Below the pieces are notes generated by a model. That model did no database searches. It saw only the letters and a list, made by a program, of their open reading frames with translations, and was not told where the DNA came from. The position numbers and the translations under genes were made by a program. From assembly GCA_965203515.1 (NCBI GenBank), contig OZ241907.1, forward strand, positions 3,808,001 to 3,872,000: a stretch of DNA of 64,000 nucleotides, in the 5' to 3' direction. Shown one piece after another: positions 40,808-50,803 of this stretch; the first letter of the stretch is position 1, and each line of letters opens with the position of its first letter. The stretch comes from Spirochaetia bacterium. GTDB taxonomy: Bacteria; Spirochaetota; Spirochaetia; SZUA-6; Bin103.

Positions 40808-42580
40808 GTGATTCGTCAGGCCGAGCGACCGACCGGCGAGGTGTCGGCCGGGGTGCCGGGCGGGGTGCCGCGCGCCGGCATGCTCGCGGTGGTGCGCAAC
40901 CGGAGCGGCGTGGTGACCGCGGTCGAGCCGTTCGACGGCGAGGCGGGGCGGCTGCACCTGGTGCACGTCGAGTACAAGGACAGCCGCGCGCCGGCCGCCG
41001 AGCGCCTGCTGTGGGAGCTGGAGCCCCGCGGCATGCTGCTCGAACCGACCGCGCTGCCCGACGCTAGCAGCGGCGACGCCATGGACCCGGCCGATTTCGA
41101 CGCGCTCCTGCGCGCGGCGCGTTGGACGGCGCTCACTCCGTATCTCGACTTCGACGGCCGGGGGGCGGCGCGCCGCGAACCGCTGGCGAGCCCCTTCCAC
41201 GGCGCGGTGCGGCCGGAGGATTACCAGCTCGTGCCATTGCTGAAGGCGCTCCGCATGCCCCGCGTCAGCCTGCTGATCGCCGACGACGTGGGCCTCGGCA
41301 AGACGATCGAGGCGGGCCTGATCCTTACCGAGCTGCTGCTCCGGCGCCGCATCCGGCGCGTGCTGGTGCTGGCCCCGGCGGCGCTGCGCCGACAGTGGCG
41401 CGACGAGCTGTGGGAGAAGTTCTCGCTCCGCTTCGAGGTGGTCGACCGCCACCGTACCGAGCTGGCGCGCCGCCGCCTCGGCATGGACGCCAATCCGTGG
41501 CGTTCGTTCGACCGCATCGTCGCCTCCTACCACTACCTGCGCCAACCGGACGTGCGCGAGCAGTTTCTGGCCGCGTGCCGCGCCCCGCAGGGATCGCCGC
41601 ATCTGCCGTGGGACCTGCTTATCGTCGACGAGTGCCACCACCTCATGCCCGCCCCGTTCGGCGAGGACAGCGAGCTGTGCCGCACCCTGCGCCTGGTGGC
41701 GCCGCGCTTCGAGCACCGGCTGTTCCTGTCCGCCACGCCGCACAACGGCCACACGCGGTCGTTCACCGGCCTGCTGGAGATGCTCGATCCGGTGCGCTTC
41801 ACCCGCACCGCGGAGCTGACCCCGGCGCTGCGCGCGCGCGTCGACGACGTCGTCATTCGGCGTCTGAAGCGCGACGTCAATGCCGACGCCGCCGCGCCCC
41901 GGTTCTGCCGCCGCCTCCCGCCGGCGGCCCTGCCGCTCACCTTCGACCCGCGTGAGGCGGCGCTGGCCGCGGCCTTCGACGCCCTGCGCGCCGCGGTGCG
42001 CCGGCTGGTCGCCGCCGCGGCCCGGCCGCGCGTGCGGGCCGGCACCTTCGCGGTCGAGATCCTGGGCAAGCGGCTGCTGTCGTGTCCCACGGCGTTCGCC
42101 GAGTCGTGGCGCCGCATCCGGCAGGGGTTGGCGGAGCCGGCCGCGGCCGGCGAACGCGAGCTGCAGGCCGCGGCCCGCGCGCTGCGCCAGGAGACCGGCG
42201 ACGACCGCGAGACGCAGGCGCGCGCCGCGACCGCCGCTACCGTCGCCGGCGCCTGGCTGAAGAACGAGCCGCTATTGGACAAGAATCACGCATGGGAAGC
42301 GATCGTCCGCCGTTGGGACGATCGTCTGCCGCTGCCCGATCCCGCCGTAGCGCGGAAACGTGCGGCCGCTGCTTGGCGGCACAGGGAACATATGCGCGAC
42401 GTCGGCGACGACGACGCCTTCAACGAGCTCAACGTCTCCTACCTGAGCCACTGCGCGCGCGCCCGGTTGGCGGCCGCTGGAATCCACCCCGCGTCCCGCC
42501 CCGAACTTCCCGGCCAACTTCGAGCACTGGGTGAAACCGGTCTGGCTACCAGTCTCGAAGCCGCGCTGGCCAGGCGGTAG
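40808..42580 (+). pseudogene. DrmD-like SNF2 helicase, C-terminally truncated and fused to an unrelated tail
   Basis: N-terminal VRNR...LWELEP, YQLVPLLKAL, ADDVGLGKT, DECH, SATPHNG; no second RecA (HELICc) domain; sequence character changes near 42262; start could be 40796 or 40808. Confidence 0.72.
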
Positions 42581-42589
42581 GGTACGTCG

Positions 42590-43798
42590 ATGTTCAACAG
42601 CGCCGCGCAGATGCTCGAACAGATTCGCGCCGGGGAGGACGGGCGCGCCGAATTCAAGGAGCTGCGCCTGAGCGGACGGCGGGTGACCGCTCCTCATACC
42701 GAGGACTTGGCCGGCGAGTTGGTGGCGTTCGCGAATGCCGAGGGCGGCGCGGTCTTTCTTGGGGTCGACGACGCCGGAGCGGTGATCGGCATTCCAGCCG
42801 ACCGATTGGACGCCGTCGAGCAATGGCTGCTCAACATCGCGACGCACAATTGCGATCCGCCGATCCGGCCGGTGGTCCGCAAGGCGCTGCTGCCGGCGGC
42901 AAGCGGCGGCGACCGGCGCGTCCTGTTGGCGGAGATTCCGCGCGGCCTCTACGTCCATCGCACCTCCGGCGGGCGTTATTTCGTCCGCATCGGGTCTACG
43001 AAATGGGACCTGACCCCGGCGGAACTCGCCCGGCTCTTTCAACAGCGGGGACGCGAGTACGTATTCGACGAGCAGCCGGTGCTCGCCGCGGCCGTGGAAC
43101 ACCTCAACCGCCACCGGCTCGAAGCGTTCTTCGGACGGTCGCCGGCGATTCCCTGGCTCGACCTGCTGCGCAACACGCGGGTGACCGTGCGCGACGCCGA
43201 CGGCGTGGACCGCCCGACCGTGGCCGGCCTGCTGGTGTTCGGGACCGAGCCGACCGACTTCCTGGCGTCGGGATCGATCGAAGCCGCCGACTACCGCGGC
43301 GCCCGGTTGTCATCCGACGACCTCATCCATGCCGAACGGATCGCCGGACCGGTTTCCGATCAGATCGACGCCGGAATCGCCTTCGTGGCGCGCTTCATGC
43401 GCAGCGCCGGAGCGCCGGACGCCGCCGCTCGTTACGACATCGACGTCGTGGACGAAGCGGTCGTCAACGCCGTCGCGCACCGCGACTACGCCATCTCCGG
43501 TTCCAAGATACGCCTGTTCCTGTTCGCCGACCGGCTGGAACTCTACAGCCCCGGCAAGCTGCCCAACACCATCACGCTCGACGACATGCCCTACCGCACC
43601 TTCACCCGCAACCAACTCCTGGTCAACTTCCTGTCGAGAATCCGCAGCAAGCGCACCGGCCAGGTGTTCCTCGAATCGCGCGGCGAAGGCGTGCGCAAGA
43701 TTCTCGACGCCGGCCACGCCCACTCCGGCCGCCGCCCGGAATACGCCCTGTTCGGCGACGAACTACGCCTCACCCTGTGGGCGCGCGCCCCGCAATAG
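42590..43798 (+). CDS. AlbA_2/Schlafen-domain protein with HATPase_c_4-like C-terminus
   Basis: GEDGRAEFKE, VAFANAEGG...LGVDD, EAVVNAVAHRDY, RLELYSPG, GEGV. Confidence 0.85.
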   Translation: MFNSAAQMLEQIRAGEDGRAEFKELRLSGRRVTAPHTEDLAGELVAFANAEGGAVFLGVDDAGAVIGIPADRLDAVEQWLLNIATHNCDPPIRPVVRKALLPAASGGDRRVLLAEIPRGLYVHRTSGGRYFVRIGSTKWDLTPAELARLFQQRGREYVFDEQPVLAAAVEHLNRHRLEAFFGRSPAIPWLDLLRNTRVTVRDADGVDRPTVAGLLVFGTEPTDFLASGSIEAADYRGARLSSDDLIHAERIAGPVSDQIDAGIAFVARFMRSAGAPDAAARYDIDVVDEAVVNAVAHRDYAISGSKIRLFLFADRLELYSPGKLPNTITLDDMPYRTFTRNQLLVNFLSRIRSKRTGQVFLESRGEGVRKILDAGHAHSGRRPEYALFGDELRLTLWARAPQ

Positions 43799-43822
43799 CC
43801 GCCCACGATAGAGACGCTGCCC

Positions 43823-43844
43823 GGCATCAGCGGCCGCTGACGCC
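43823..43844. terminator. Possible bidirectional hairpin between convergent genes
   Basis: Palindromic core tcagcggccgctga flanked by ggc/gcc; no U-tract. Confidence 0.3.
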
Positions 43845-43864
43845 AATCGCGTCCCGGACGACCC

Positions 43865-44170
43865 TCACTCGGCGCCGGTGCCGTTGTCGTCGAACTGCTG
43901 CTTGAGGCGCCGGAAGGCGGCCTCGTCGATGCCGGTCGCCGCCTCGATAGTCGACCACGGGACGCGGCCCAGCAATCCCTGGGCGGCTTGCAACCGACCC
44001 CTCAGCTCGCCTTCCTGACGGCCTTCCTGACGGCCTTCCTGACGGCCTTCCTGGCGGCCCTTCACCTCACCTTCCTGGATGCCTTCCTGACGGCCCTGCT
44101 CGACCATCCGTTCCACGTTGACCATACCTTCCCGGCGGCCTTGCTCGACCATCCGTTCCACGTAGTTCAT
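43865..44170 (-). CDS. Predicted in-frame internal small protein (RpnS-like antitoxin), 101 aa
   Basis: Internal GGAGGAG 5 nt before the in-frame ATG of MNYVERMVEQG, at the position where Rpn small proteins initiate. Confidence 0.65.
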   Translation of the reverse strand: MNYVERMVEQGRREGMVNVERMVEQGRQEGIQEGEVKGRQEGRQEGRQEGRQEGELRGRLQAAQGLLGRVPWSTIEAATGIDEAAFRRLKQQFDDNGTGAE

Positions 44171-44956
44171 CAGCTCTCCTCCACGGCCCGGCACGTTGCG
44201 GCGCAGCACCTCCCCGAACGCCGGATGCCGTTCTTCCGGCTGCGCCGCCAGCACGTACTCCACGTGCAGCGCCACCGCGTCGAACCCGTCGACGCGGTAC
44301 ATCCTTCCCATCAACCGCGTCGCCTGTTCCAGCAACTCCTCCCACCTCTCGCGGAACGTGGCCATCATCGTGAGCTGCGCCAACCGCGCTCCCACCGCTC
44401 CCGCCACCGTCTCCGGGTTCTGCCGCGTCTGGTCGATCAGCAGGTGCTCGAACTGCGGCACCCAGCCCCAGTCCGGCTCCGAGTCCGCAACCAGCTCCGC
44501 GAACTGCCGGCCATGCCGCCACGGCTCCGCTCCCTGATAGAATACTACCGGCACGATCAGCGGCAACTGCGGCTCGTTCTCGTGCTCCCGGTGCCACCTC
44601 ATCCAGGCCAGCAGGCAGTAGTTCAGCAACCGCAGCCGCATCCACCGGTCCGGCGTGGACTGATGTTCGAGCAGCACGTAGACGAGCACCGGCGGGCCGG
44701 AATCCTGCCGCTCGACCGAGAACAGCAGGTCGGCCTCCCGGCCGCGCCAGTCGTCGCTGACGAAGCGGGCGGGCACATGGGCGAGGGTGGACCAGCGCAG
44801 CGTGCGGGCGACCGCCTGGGGCAGGTGCGGGCGCAACAGGCCGGCGGCGTTCCGGGAGTCGGAGAACACGCTGTAGAAGTACTTGTCGTGCGGATGGCTG
44901 ACCGGCGTCTCCGCCGCGGCGGACTCCGGTCGGTCCGGCGCCTGATCGTCGGCCAT
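43865..44956 (-). CDS. Rpn/YhgA-like PD-(D/E)XK nuclease
   Basis: HPHDKYF, ADLLFSV, LLEHQS, MRLRLLNY, LPLIVPVVFY, C-terminal EGRQ repeats. Confidence 0.9.
   Translation of the reverse strand: MADDQAPDRPESAAAETPVSHPHDKYFYSVFSDSRNAAGLLRPHLPQAVARTLRWSTLAHVPARFVSDDWRGREADLLFSVERQDSGPPVLVYVLLEHQSTPDRWMRLRLLNYCLLAWMRWHREHENEPQLPLIVPVVFYQGAEPWRHGRQFAELVADSEPDWGWVPQFEHLLIDQTRQNPETVAGAVGARLAQLTMMATFRERWEELLEQATRLMGRMYRVDGFDAVALHVEYVLAAQPEERHPAFGEVLRRNVPGRGGELMNYVERMVEQGRREGMVNVERMVEQGRQEGIQEGEVKGRQEGRQEGRQEGRQEGELRGRLQAAQGLLGRVPWSTIEAATGIDEAAFRRLKQQFDDNGTGAE
44009..44170. repeat. 12-bp repeat x4 (EGRQ) plus a 45-bp tandem duplication in the rpn 3' region
   Basis: gccttcctgacg at 44009-44056; 44081-44125 and 44126-44170 are near-identical. 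Confidence 0.85.
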
Positions 44957-44970
44957 GAGACCCGGCGGCG

Positions 44971-44999
44971 ACGGTAGCCCCGGGCTGACCCGGCGTCAA
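44971..44999 (-). promoter_or_regulatory. Putative sigma70 promoter for rpn
   Basis: TTGACG - 17 nt - TACCGT. Confidence 0.5.
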
Positions 45000-45039
45000 G
45001 CCGGCGCGGGCGGCGGCGAATCGCGCGGATCGGTCACCG

Positions 45040-45666
45040 TCATGCTGCGGCATTCCCTGAAGACTCCTCGCGGATGGTCACCTCGCCCATCAGGCTGATG
45101 CCGGTAAGGGTGACTTGGTGGCTGGTGAAGCGGGCGCGTGCGGTGCGTTTGGCCTTCCAGGGCCGTACCGACACGTCGCTCAACAGACTCCATAGCGTAC
45201 GGTTGACCTGGGTGCCGTACGGGACGGCTACCTGCAGCTCTCCCATGAGGTTGTAGACCCGCAACTCGTATACCCCCGGCGGGGCGTCGCTCAGGTCGAT
45301 GCGGGTCGCTCCCATGACGTTGATTACCTGCCGCGGCAGGTCCTGCACCGCCTGCACGTCGAGCTTGCGTTCCCCCATTATCGTCACGGTTGCGCCGGGA
45401 GTCGGGGCCCGCCGCGCGGGAGACGCGCGCGGCGGGGCCGGGCGCGCCGGGAAGTCGGCCACCAGCGCCTCCAGTTGATCGATGGTGGCGGCGTACTCGG
45501 CGGCCCGTACCCGGCGCTCATACTCGGACAGCTCCAGGTTGTCGTCGGCGTAGGCGTCCGCCAGCCGCTGCAATATCTGCCGCCGCAGCTTCGGCACGCC
45601 ATACTCCGACGGCGTGCGCCCGTCGTCCGGCTCACCGGCGGGCACGCTGAATCGATCCTGCGCCAT
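45040..45666 (-). CDS. DUF1707 (SHOCT-like) + LiaF/DUF2154-like protein
   Basis: ILQRLADAYADDNLELSEYERR...LEALVAD; repeated MG-x-x-x-I/V beta strands (VMGATRIDL, LMGELQV, LMGEVTI). Confidence 0.7.
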   Translation of the reverse strand: MAQDRFSVPAGEPDDGRTPSEYGVPKLRRQILQRLADAYADDNLELSEYERRVRAAEYAATIDQLEALVADFPARPAPPRASPARRAPTPGATVTIMGERKLDVQAVQDLPRQVINVMGATRIDLSDAPPGVYELRVYNLMGELQVAVPYGTQVNRTLWSLLSDVSVRPWKAKRTARARFTSHQVTLTGISLMGEVTIREESSGNAAA

Positions 45667-45755
45667 CTTCACTCTCCGGTGCCCAGTGTACCGATGCGCG
45701 CGGCCCGTGCCGACCCGTGCCGACCTGGTGGCATTCTTGCGCGCGATCGAGGCCA

Positions 45756-47534
45756 TCATCGCGAGCTGCGTCGGCGCTCGATCTCCTTGATGATGTCTTC
45801 GGCGACTTCCATCACTTCCGCCGGCGCTCGAACTTGCTCGCCCAGTTCCTTACGCAGGGCCACAACGAGGGGCCTCAACTTGGCGGACTTATCGTTGTCC
45901 ATCAACAGAATATCAAGCACCTCACGTTGCTGCGCTTCAGTCGTAGCTAATTCAATCACGACTGCCGGTATCTGACTCATCATCATATCGTCGGCAAGTG
46001 CGAACCCAGCATATCCGGCGCGAAACGAGTCCATGGCGGCGCGGTATTCCCCCAGTGTGATCAGCGTCCTTGCCTTGCTGAACAGTCCCTTCGTCACCTG
46101 TTCCTGAACATCACGCACCTCACTTTCCATAAATCGCTCGATCACCTCGTCGTAGACCCCAATGGCGGCCTTGTGTTCGCCTTGTCGGGATAGCTCAAGT
46201 CCCTTGTTGAACAACGCCTTCGCGATCTGCACCTGAATTTCGGGTACGTCACTTTCTCCATATCGTTTGACTACGGCGCCGGCGCGTTCGACTCCTTCTC
46301 GAATGGATGGCTCTTGAGTTGCCTCCATGCTGATCTTGCCGATCGTATCGGCCAATTCAGGTCCGCTGTAGAATGCCGTCATGAAGCGGATCAGGTTTTG
46401 TATGACCGCGGCCTCGTCGCCCTGCCGGCGCAGTTTGTAGTAGATGCTGTACAGGCGCTCCGCGGCAGCGTATCTCCGTTTCCTGCCGCTTCCTTCGACG
46501 AGGACCGCGCCCCGGTCAGCAAGTCTGCCGAGCATTGCAGACACGGTTCGGACGTCCAGGCGGGATCGTGCCGTGATTTCGGCTGTGCTCGACGGCTGCC
46601 AGAGATCGATTACCGCGAGATAGACGCGGCGCTCGGTCTTGGCGATGCCCTGCAGGTGACTGCGGAAATACTCGGTATGGTCGTCGATCAGCGTCACCAG
46701 CTCCTCCATCAACTGGCGCAGCGACCGGTGGCGCGCGAACTGGGCTACGATGACCAGAAGGCGCGGGTTGCCGCCGGTAAGTATCTGCAGTGGTCTGATC
46801 TGGCGCTCGATCACGTCGTCGCCGCTGACCACGTGCCAGAGACGCCGACACTCGTCGATATCCAGCGGCTCGAGGCGGAGGGCGCGGAACAGTTCGAAGA
46901 ACGGCTGCGCCGGATCGTCCAGCCCTTTGAACCGACTGGTGGCGGTGGCAAGAAGCATGATATGCGGTTCCGTCTGCAGCACCTCCCGCAACTTCCATCC
47001 GAAGTCGTCGTCCACATCGGCACACAGTTCCTGCAGGTTCTCGACCATGAGGACGAGCTTGCGCCCCAGCCGATCCGCCGCGTCCAGCACCGTGGATCGG
47101 GCGCGTAGATCGAGCTCCTCGCCTCGCCACCGGGCAGCCAGATCTTTTTGCGCCGCCCGCAATTCCTGAGCCAGGGGCGGATCGCTCTTGGCGGTCTCCG
47201 CTGCAAGATGAAACAGGGCTTCGAGCCAGAAGTCGCCCGAATCCATGATCTCCTGGCTCTCTTCCATGAACCGCACCGGCAACAGCCGCTTGGCGAGAGC
47301 GCTGTCGGTGCGCAGCTCGGCGGCGACGCGCGCCAACAGCATCGTCTTGCCGCGTCCGCGCGGCGCGACGAGCAACGTGTGCTGGCACGACGGCGCATCG
47401 AGGTTGTCGTTCAGAACTTCGAGTACGATAGCCAGTTCGCGTTTCCGGACCACGAACTGGCGGATCACCTCCGCATCGGATTGGAATGTTCCCGGATTGA
47501 ACTTGCGGATCGTCCGCTCGGAGGTCTCGGTCAC
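45756..47534 (-). CDS. STAND-like AAA ATPase with winged helix and TPR repeats
   Basis: Walker A APRGRGKT, Walker B-like LMVENL, GGNPR, wHTH STAEITARSRLDVRTVSAMLGRL, TPRs (ALFNKG...AIGVYDEVI); lower GC. Confidence 0.75.
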   Translation of the reverse strand: MTETSERTIRKFNPGTFQSDAEVIRQFVVRKRELAIVLEVLNDNLDAPSCQHTLLVAPRGRGKTMLLARVAAELRTDSALAKRLLPVRFMEESQEIMDSGDFWLEALFHLAAETAKSDPPLAQELRAAQKDLAARWRGEELDLRARSTVLDAADRLGRKLVLMVENLQELCADVDDDFGWKLREVLQTEPHIMLLATATSRFKGLDDPAQPFFELFRALRLEPLDIDECRRLWHVVSGDDVIERQIRPLQILTGGNPRLLVIVAQFARHRSLRQLMEELVTLIDDHTEYFRSHLQGIAKTERRVYLAVIDLWQPSSTAEITARSRLDVRTVSAMLGRLADRGAVLVEGSGRKRRYAAAERLYSIYYKLRRQGDEAAVIQNLIRFMTAFYSGPELADTIGKISMEATQEPSIREGVERAGAVVKRYGESDVPEIQVQIAKALFNKGLELSRQGEHKAAIGVYDEVIERFMESEVRDVQEQVTKGLFSKARTLITLGEYRAAMDSFRAGYAGFALADDMMMSQIPAVVIELATTEAQQREVLDILLMDNDKSAKLRPLVVALRKELGEQVRAPAEVMEVAEDIIKEIERRRSSR

Positions 47535-47616
47535 TTGAATCCCAACCCCCGTGCGAACGGACGCTTTTCGAGCGGTACGTGGTGATCCGGAAGCGGGCTG
47601 CCCACCAGTCCTTTAG

Positions 47617-47655
47617 CAACAATATAGATGTCAACGAAAGCGCTGTCAACAATAT
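47617..47655 (-). promoter_or_regulatory. Near-consensus sigma70 promoter with overlapping direct repeats
   Basis: Minus strand TTGACA (47649-47644) - 17 nt - TATATT (47626-47621); caacaatat at 47617 and 47647. Confidence 0.65.
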
Positions 47656-47790
47656 TGGTGATTATTCGGGCCGGTGCCGCCGGCGCGGTCGGCGGGTCGC
47701 CGGCGAGGGGCGGAACGGCAGCGCGACCGCCTGCCCCGGACGCGGGCGGCGGCAGACTCCGTGCCGGCACGTGGCCGGCCGGCTGCGAGT

Positions 47791-47819
47791 TTGACGTAGC
47801 TGCAGGGCGCAGCCACACT
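47791..47819 (+). promoter_or_regulatory. Putative sigma70 promoter upstream of the helicase
   Basis: TTGACG - 17 nt - CACACT. Confidence 0.45.
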
Positions 47820-47923
47820 GACGCAGTCGTTGCGACGGTGACTCGGCGAGCTATGAGGACGACAGCGGACCGCCTCTTCCGCACCGAAGGCCCGATCGAG
47901 CCGGAGCGATCGCAGTAAACGTC

Positions 47924-50803
47924 GTGGCGCTGAATCCGATCGCCTATACCGAGAACGTCGTGCGCAGCTTCCTGCGCTACCAGCTTACGGCGTACCCGTT
48001 CGCCGATCCGGGGCTGCACCGGCAGATGCGGGAGCTGCTGTCGCTCGACCGGACGCGCCGCTCGCCGCTGCTCAAGGGGCCGTACGTCAGCCTGTCCCGT
48101 CCGTTCCGCGACGGCTGCGCGGTCGAGTCGCTGGTCGCCGAAGGGGTGCTCCACCCGCACCTGCGCGAGCGGATTCCGGCCGCGATCACCCATCTCCGCA
48201 GTCACCAGGAACAGGCGATACGCGCCATCGCCGCGGGCCGGACCACGCTGATCTCCACCGGCACCGGTTCCGGCAAGACCGAGTGCTTCCTCTACCCCAT
48301 CGTCAGCCAGTGCCTGAAGCTGCGCGATCAGGGGGCGCCGCCCGGCATCAGCGCCGTCATCGTCTACCCGATGAACGCGCTGGCCGAAGACCAGCTCATG
48401 CGCCTGCGCGGCCTGCTGGCCGGCACCGGCATTCCGTTCGGCATCTACGTCGGCAAGACGCCGGAAGGCGAAGCCGACGTGGCCGGCGTCCGGCTGCGGC
48501 CCGGCGCCTCGCGGGCCGACTACGAGGCGCGGCTGCGGCGGGCGCAGCGCGAGGGCAGCGGCGAGACCGTGTATCCGGCCGAGGAAGTCTGCTCGCGGCA
48601 GATAATGCGTGCGCCGGGCCGGCAGCCGCGGGTGCTGCTCACCAACGTGAAGCAGCTCGAGCTGCTGCTGACGCGCCAGCAGGACATCGAGCTGTTCGCC
48701 GCGGCGCGGCTCGACTTCCTGGTGTTCGACGAAGCGCATACCTTCACCGGCGCGCTGGGCGCGGAGACCGCCTGCCTGATCCGGCGCCTGCGCGCGTTCT
48801 GCGCCACCGAGCCGGATCACACCACCTGCGTCGCCGCCTCGGCGACCATCGTCGATGACCGGGAACCGGCGGCCGCGCGCTCGTTCGCGGCGCGCTTCTT
48901 CGGCGTCCCCGCTGCCGCGGTGCGGACGGTCGGCGAGGACTACGAGGCGGAAGTATGGGCAGCGCCTCGGGTTACGCCCCCGGCGCCGCGGCAGGACGCC
49001 GCGGCCGTCCTGGACCGTTGCGTGCAAGCGGTCGACGAGGCTGACGATCGACCGGCCGCCGTGCGCGCCGCATACGCCGAACTGGCCGGTGATGACCTGC
49101 CGCCGGGAGATTGGCCGGACGCGCTCCACGCCGCTCTGTCGCGTAACGAAATCGTGTTCCGGTTGAACGAGGAACTCGGCGTGCCCAGAGCGCTCGACGA
49201 GCTGCCCCCGGCCCTTGCGCGGCGCCTGGGGCGGCCGGTCGCCGAAGCCGAGGTCCTCGCCTGGTTGACGTTGGGCGCCGCGGCGCGCGCGAACGGTCGC
49301 CCGCTGCTGCGGCCGGTCGTGCACGGCTTCGTGCGCGGCATCGGCGGCGCCGTGGCGACCTTCCCCGACGACTGCGCCGGGCCGCGCTTGTGGCTGGCCG
49401 CCGAAGACCAGCTCGCCGGCCGCGAGGGCCGCGAGCCCGGCGCCGACCACGCGCACTTTGCCGTAACGACCTGCACGACCTGCGGGCAGCACTACTACCT
49501 CGCGTTCCTGGAAGACTTCAGCTACACCGGCGCCAAGCCCGGCGGCGGGAGAGTCGGCGCGGCCGGCTCCTGGTGGCCGGCGCTGGAGGAGGCGCAGGGC
49601 GGCAAGCGGGTCGTGCTGATCGACCGCCTGATCGGCGCAACGGACGAGGATGCGGAAGAGCCGGCCCGCCACCCGCGGACGGCGCCGCTCCACTTCTGCC
49701 GCCGCTGCGGCGCCGCGCACCCGGAGCCGGCGCCGCGCTGCCGGGCGTGCGGCGCCGCCGGCGGCCCGGTGACGCTGCAGGCCGTGCGCCAGCACGCCAA
49801 GCACCCCGGCCGCCTGACGAGCTGTCTCTCATGCGGCGGTAGCGGCCGCCGCATGAGCGGCCGCTACCGCGAGCCGGCCCGGTCGGTGCGCGCGATCAAC
49901 GTGGCCGACGTGCACGTCCTGACGCAGGACATGGTGCACCACGCGCAGCGGCAGCGCCTGTTGGTGTTCTGCGACAACCGGCAGGACGCGGCGTTTCAGG
50001 CCGGGTGGATGAAGGATCATGCGCGGCGCTTCCGGCTGCGGGCGCTGATGGCCGCCGGCATCAAGGCGAGTCCGCGTTCGGTGGGCGATCTGGCCGGCTA
50101 CCTGGACGATCGGCTGGAAGCCGACGAGACCTTGTCGCGGGCGCTGGTGCCGGAGGTGTGGCAGGTCGCGCGCCGCGAAAGCGGCGGCGGCCGGCATCAG
50201 CAGGAACGCCGCAAGTTCCTGCGGTTTCAGGTGCTGCGCGAGGTGGCGCTGTCCTCCCGGCAGGCGCTCGGCCTGGAGCCGTGGGGCCGCGTGAAGGTGG
50301 AGTACGTCGGGCTCGACGCCTCCCTGCCGTGGCTCCAGGAGCACGCTCACTCCCTCGGCATAGCGCCCGACGAGCTGCGCGAAGGCGTGGCCAGCGTCCT
50401 CGACTACCTGCGGCGCCGGCGCGCGCTGCACGACCCGGAGTACGAGATCTTCACGAAGTACTGGATGGAGGGCGACCGGGAGATTCAGCAGGGATACCTG
50501 CCCGGATTCCTGGGTCCCGCCGCCACCAAGCTGCGCCGGGAGGGATCGGAAAAGCCGGAGTTGGTCATGCAATGGCTGAGCGACCGCGGCGATACCACGA
50601 TCCGGCAGATCGCCGGGACCTGGGGCGTTGCCGCGGCCGCGGTCGAGCCGGTGCTGGAGAGCCTGTTCGCGCTGCTGGTCGAACGATGGCTGCTGGTGTC
50701 GGTGCGGCTCAAGGGGGCCCGCGGGCGCCCATTGCCCAACGTGCACGGCGTGTATCAGGTCAACGCCGATCGGTTGCGTCTGACCCCGAACCGGGGCGTG
50801 CGG
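47924..50803 (+). pseudogene. Large DEAH-box helicase (DUF1998-associated), N-terminal part; internally deleted
   Basis: Q motif HQEQAI, TGTGSGKT, YPMNALAEDQ, DEAH, SAT, four CxxC pairs, motif IV LVFCDNRQDA; motifs V and VI are absent, and coding switches frame at about 50803. Confidence 0.78.
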
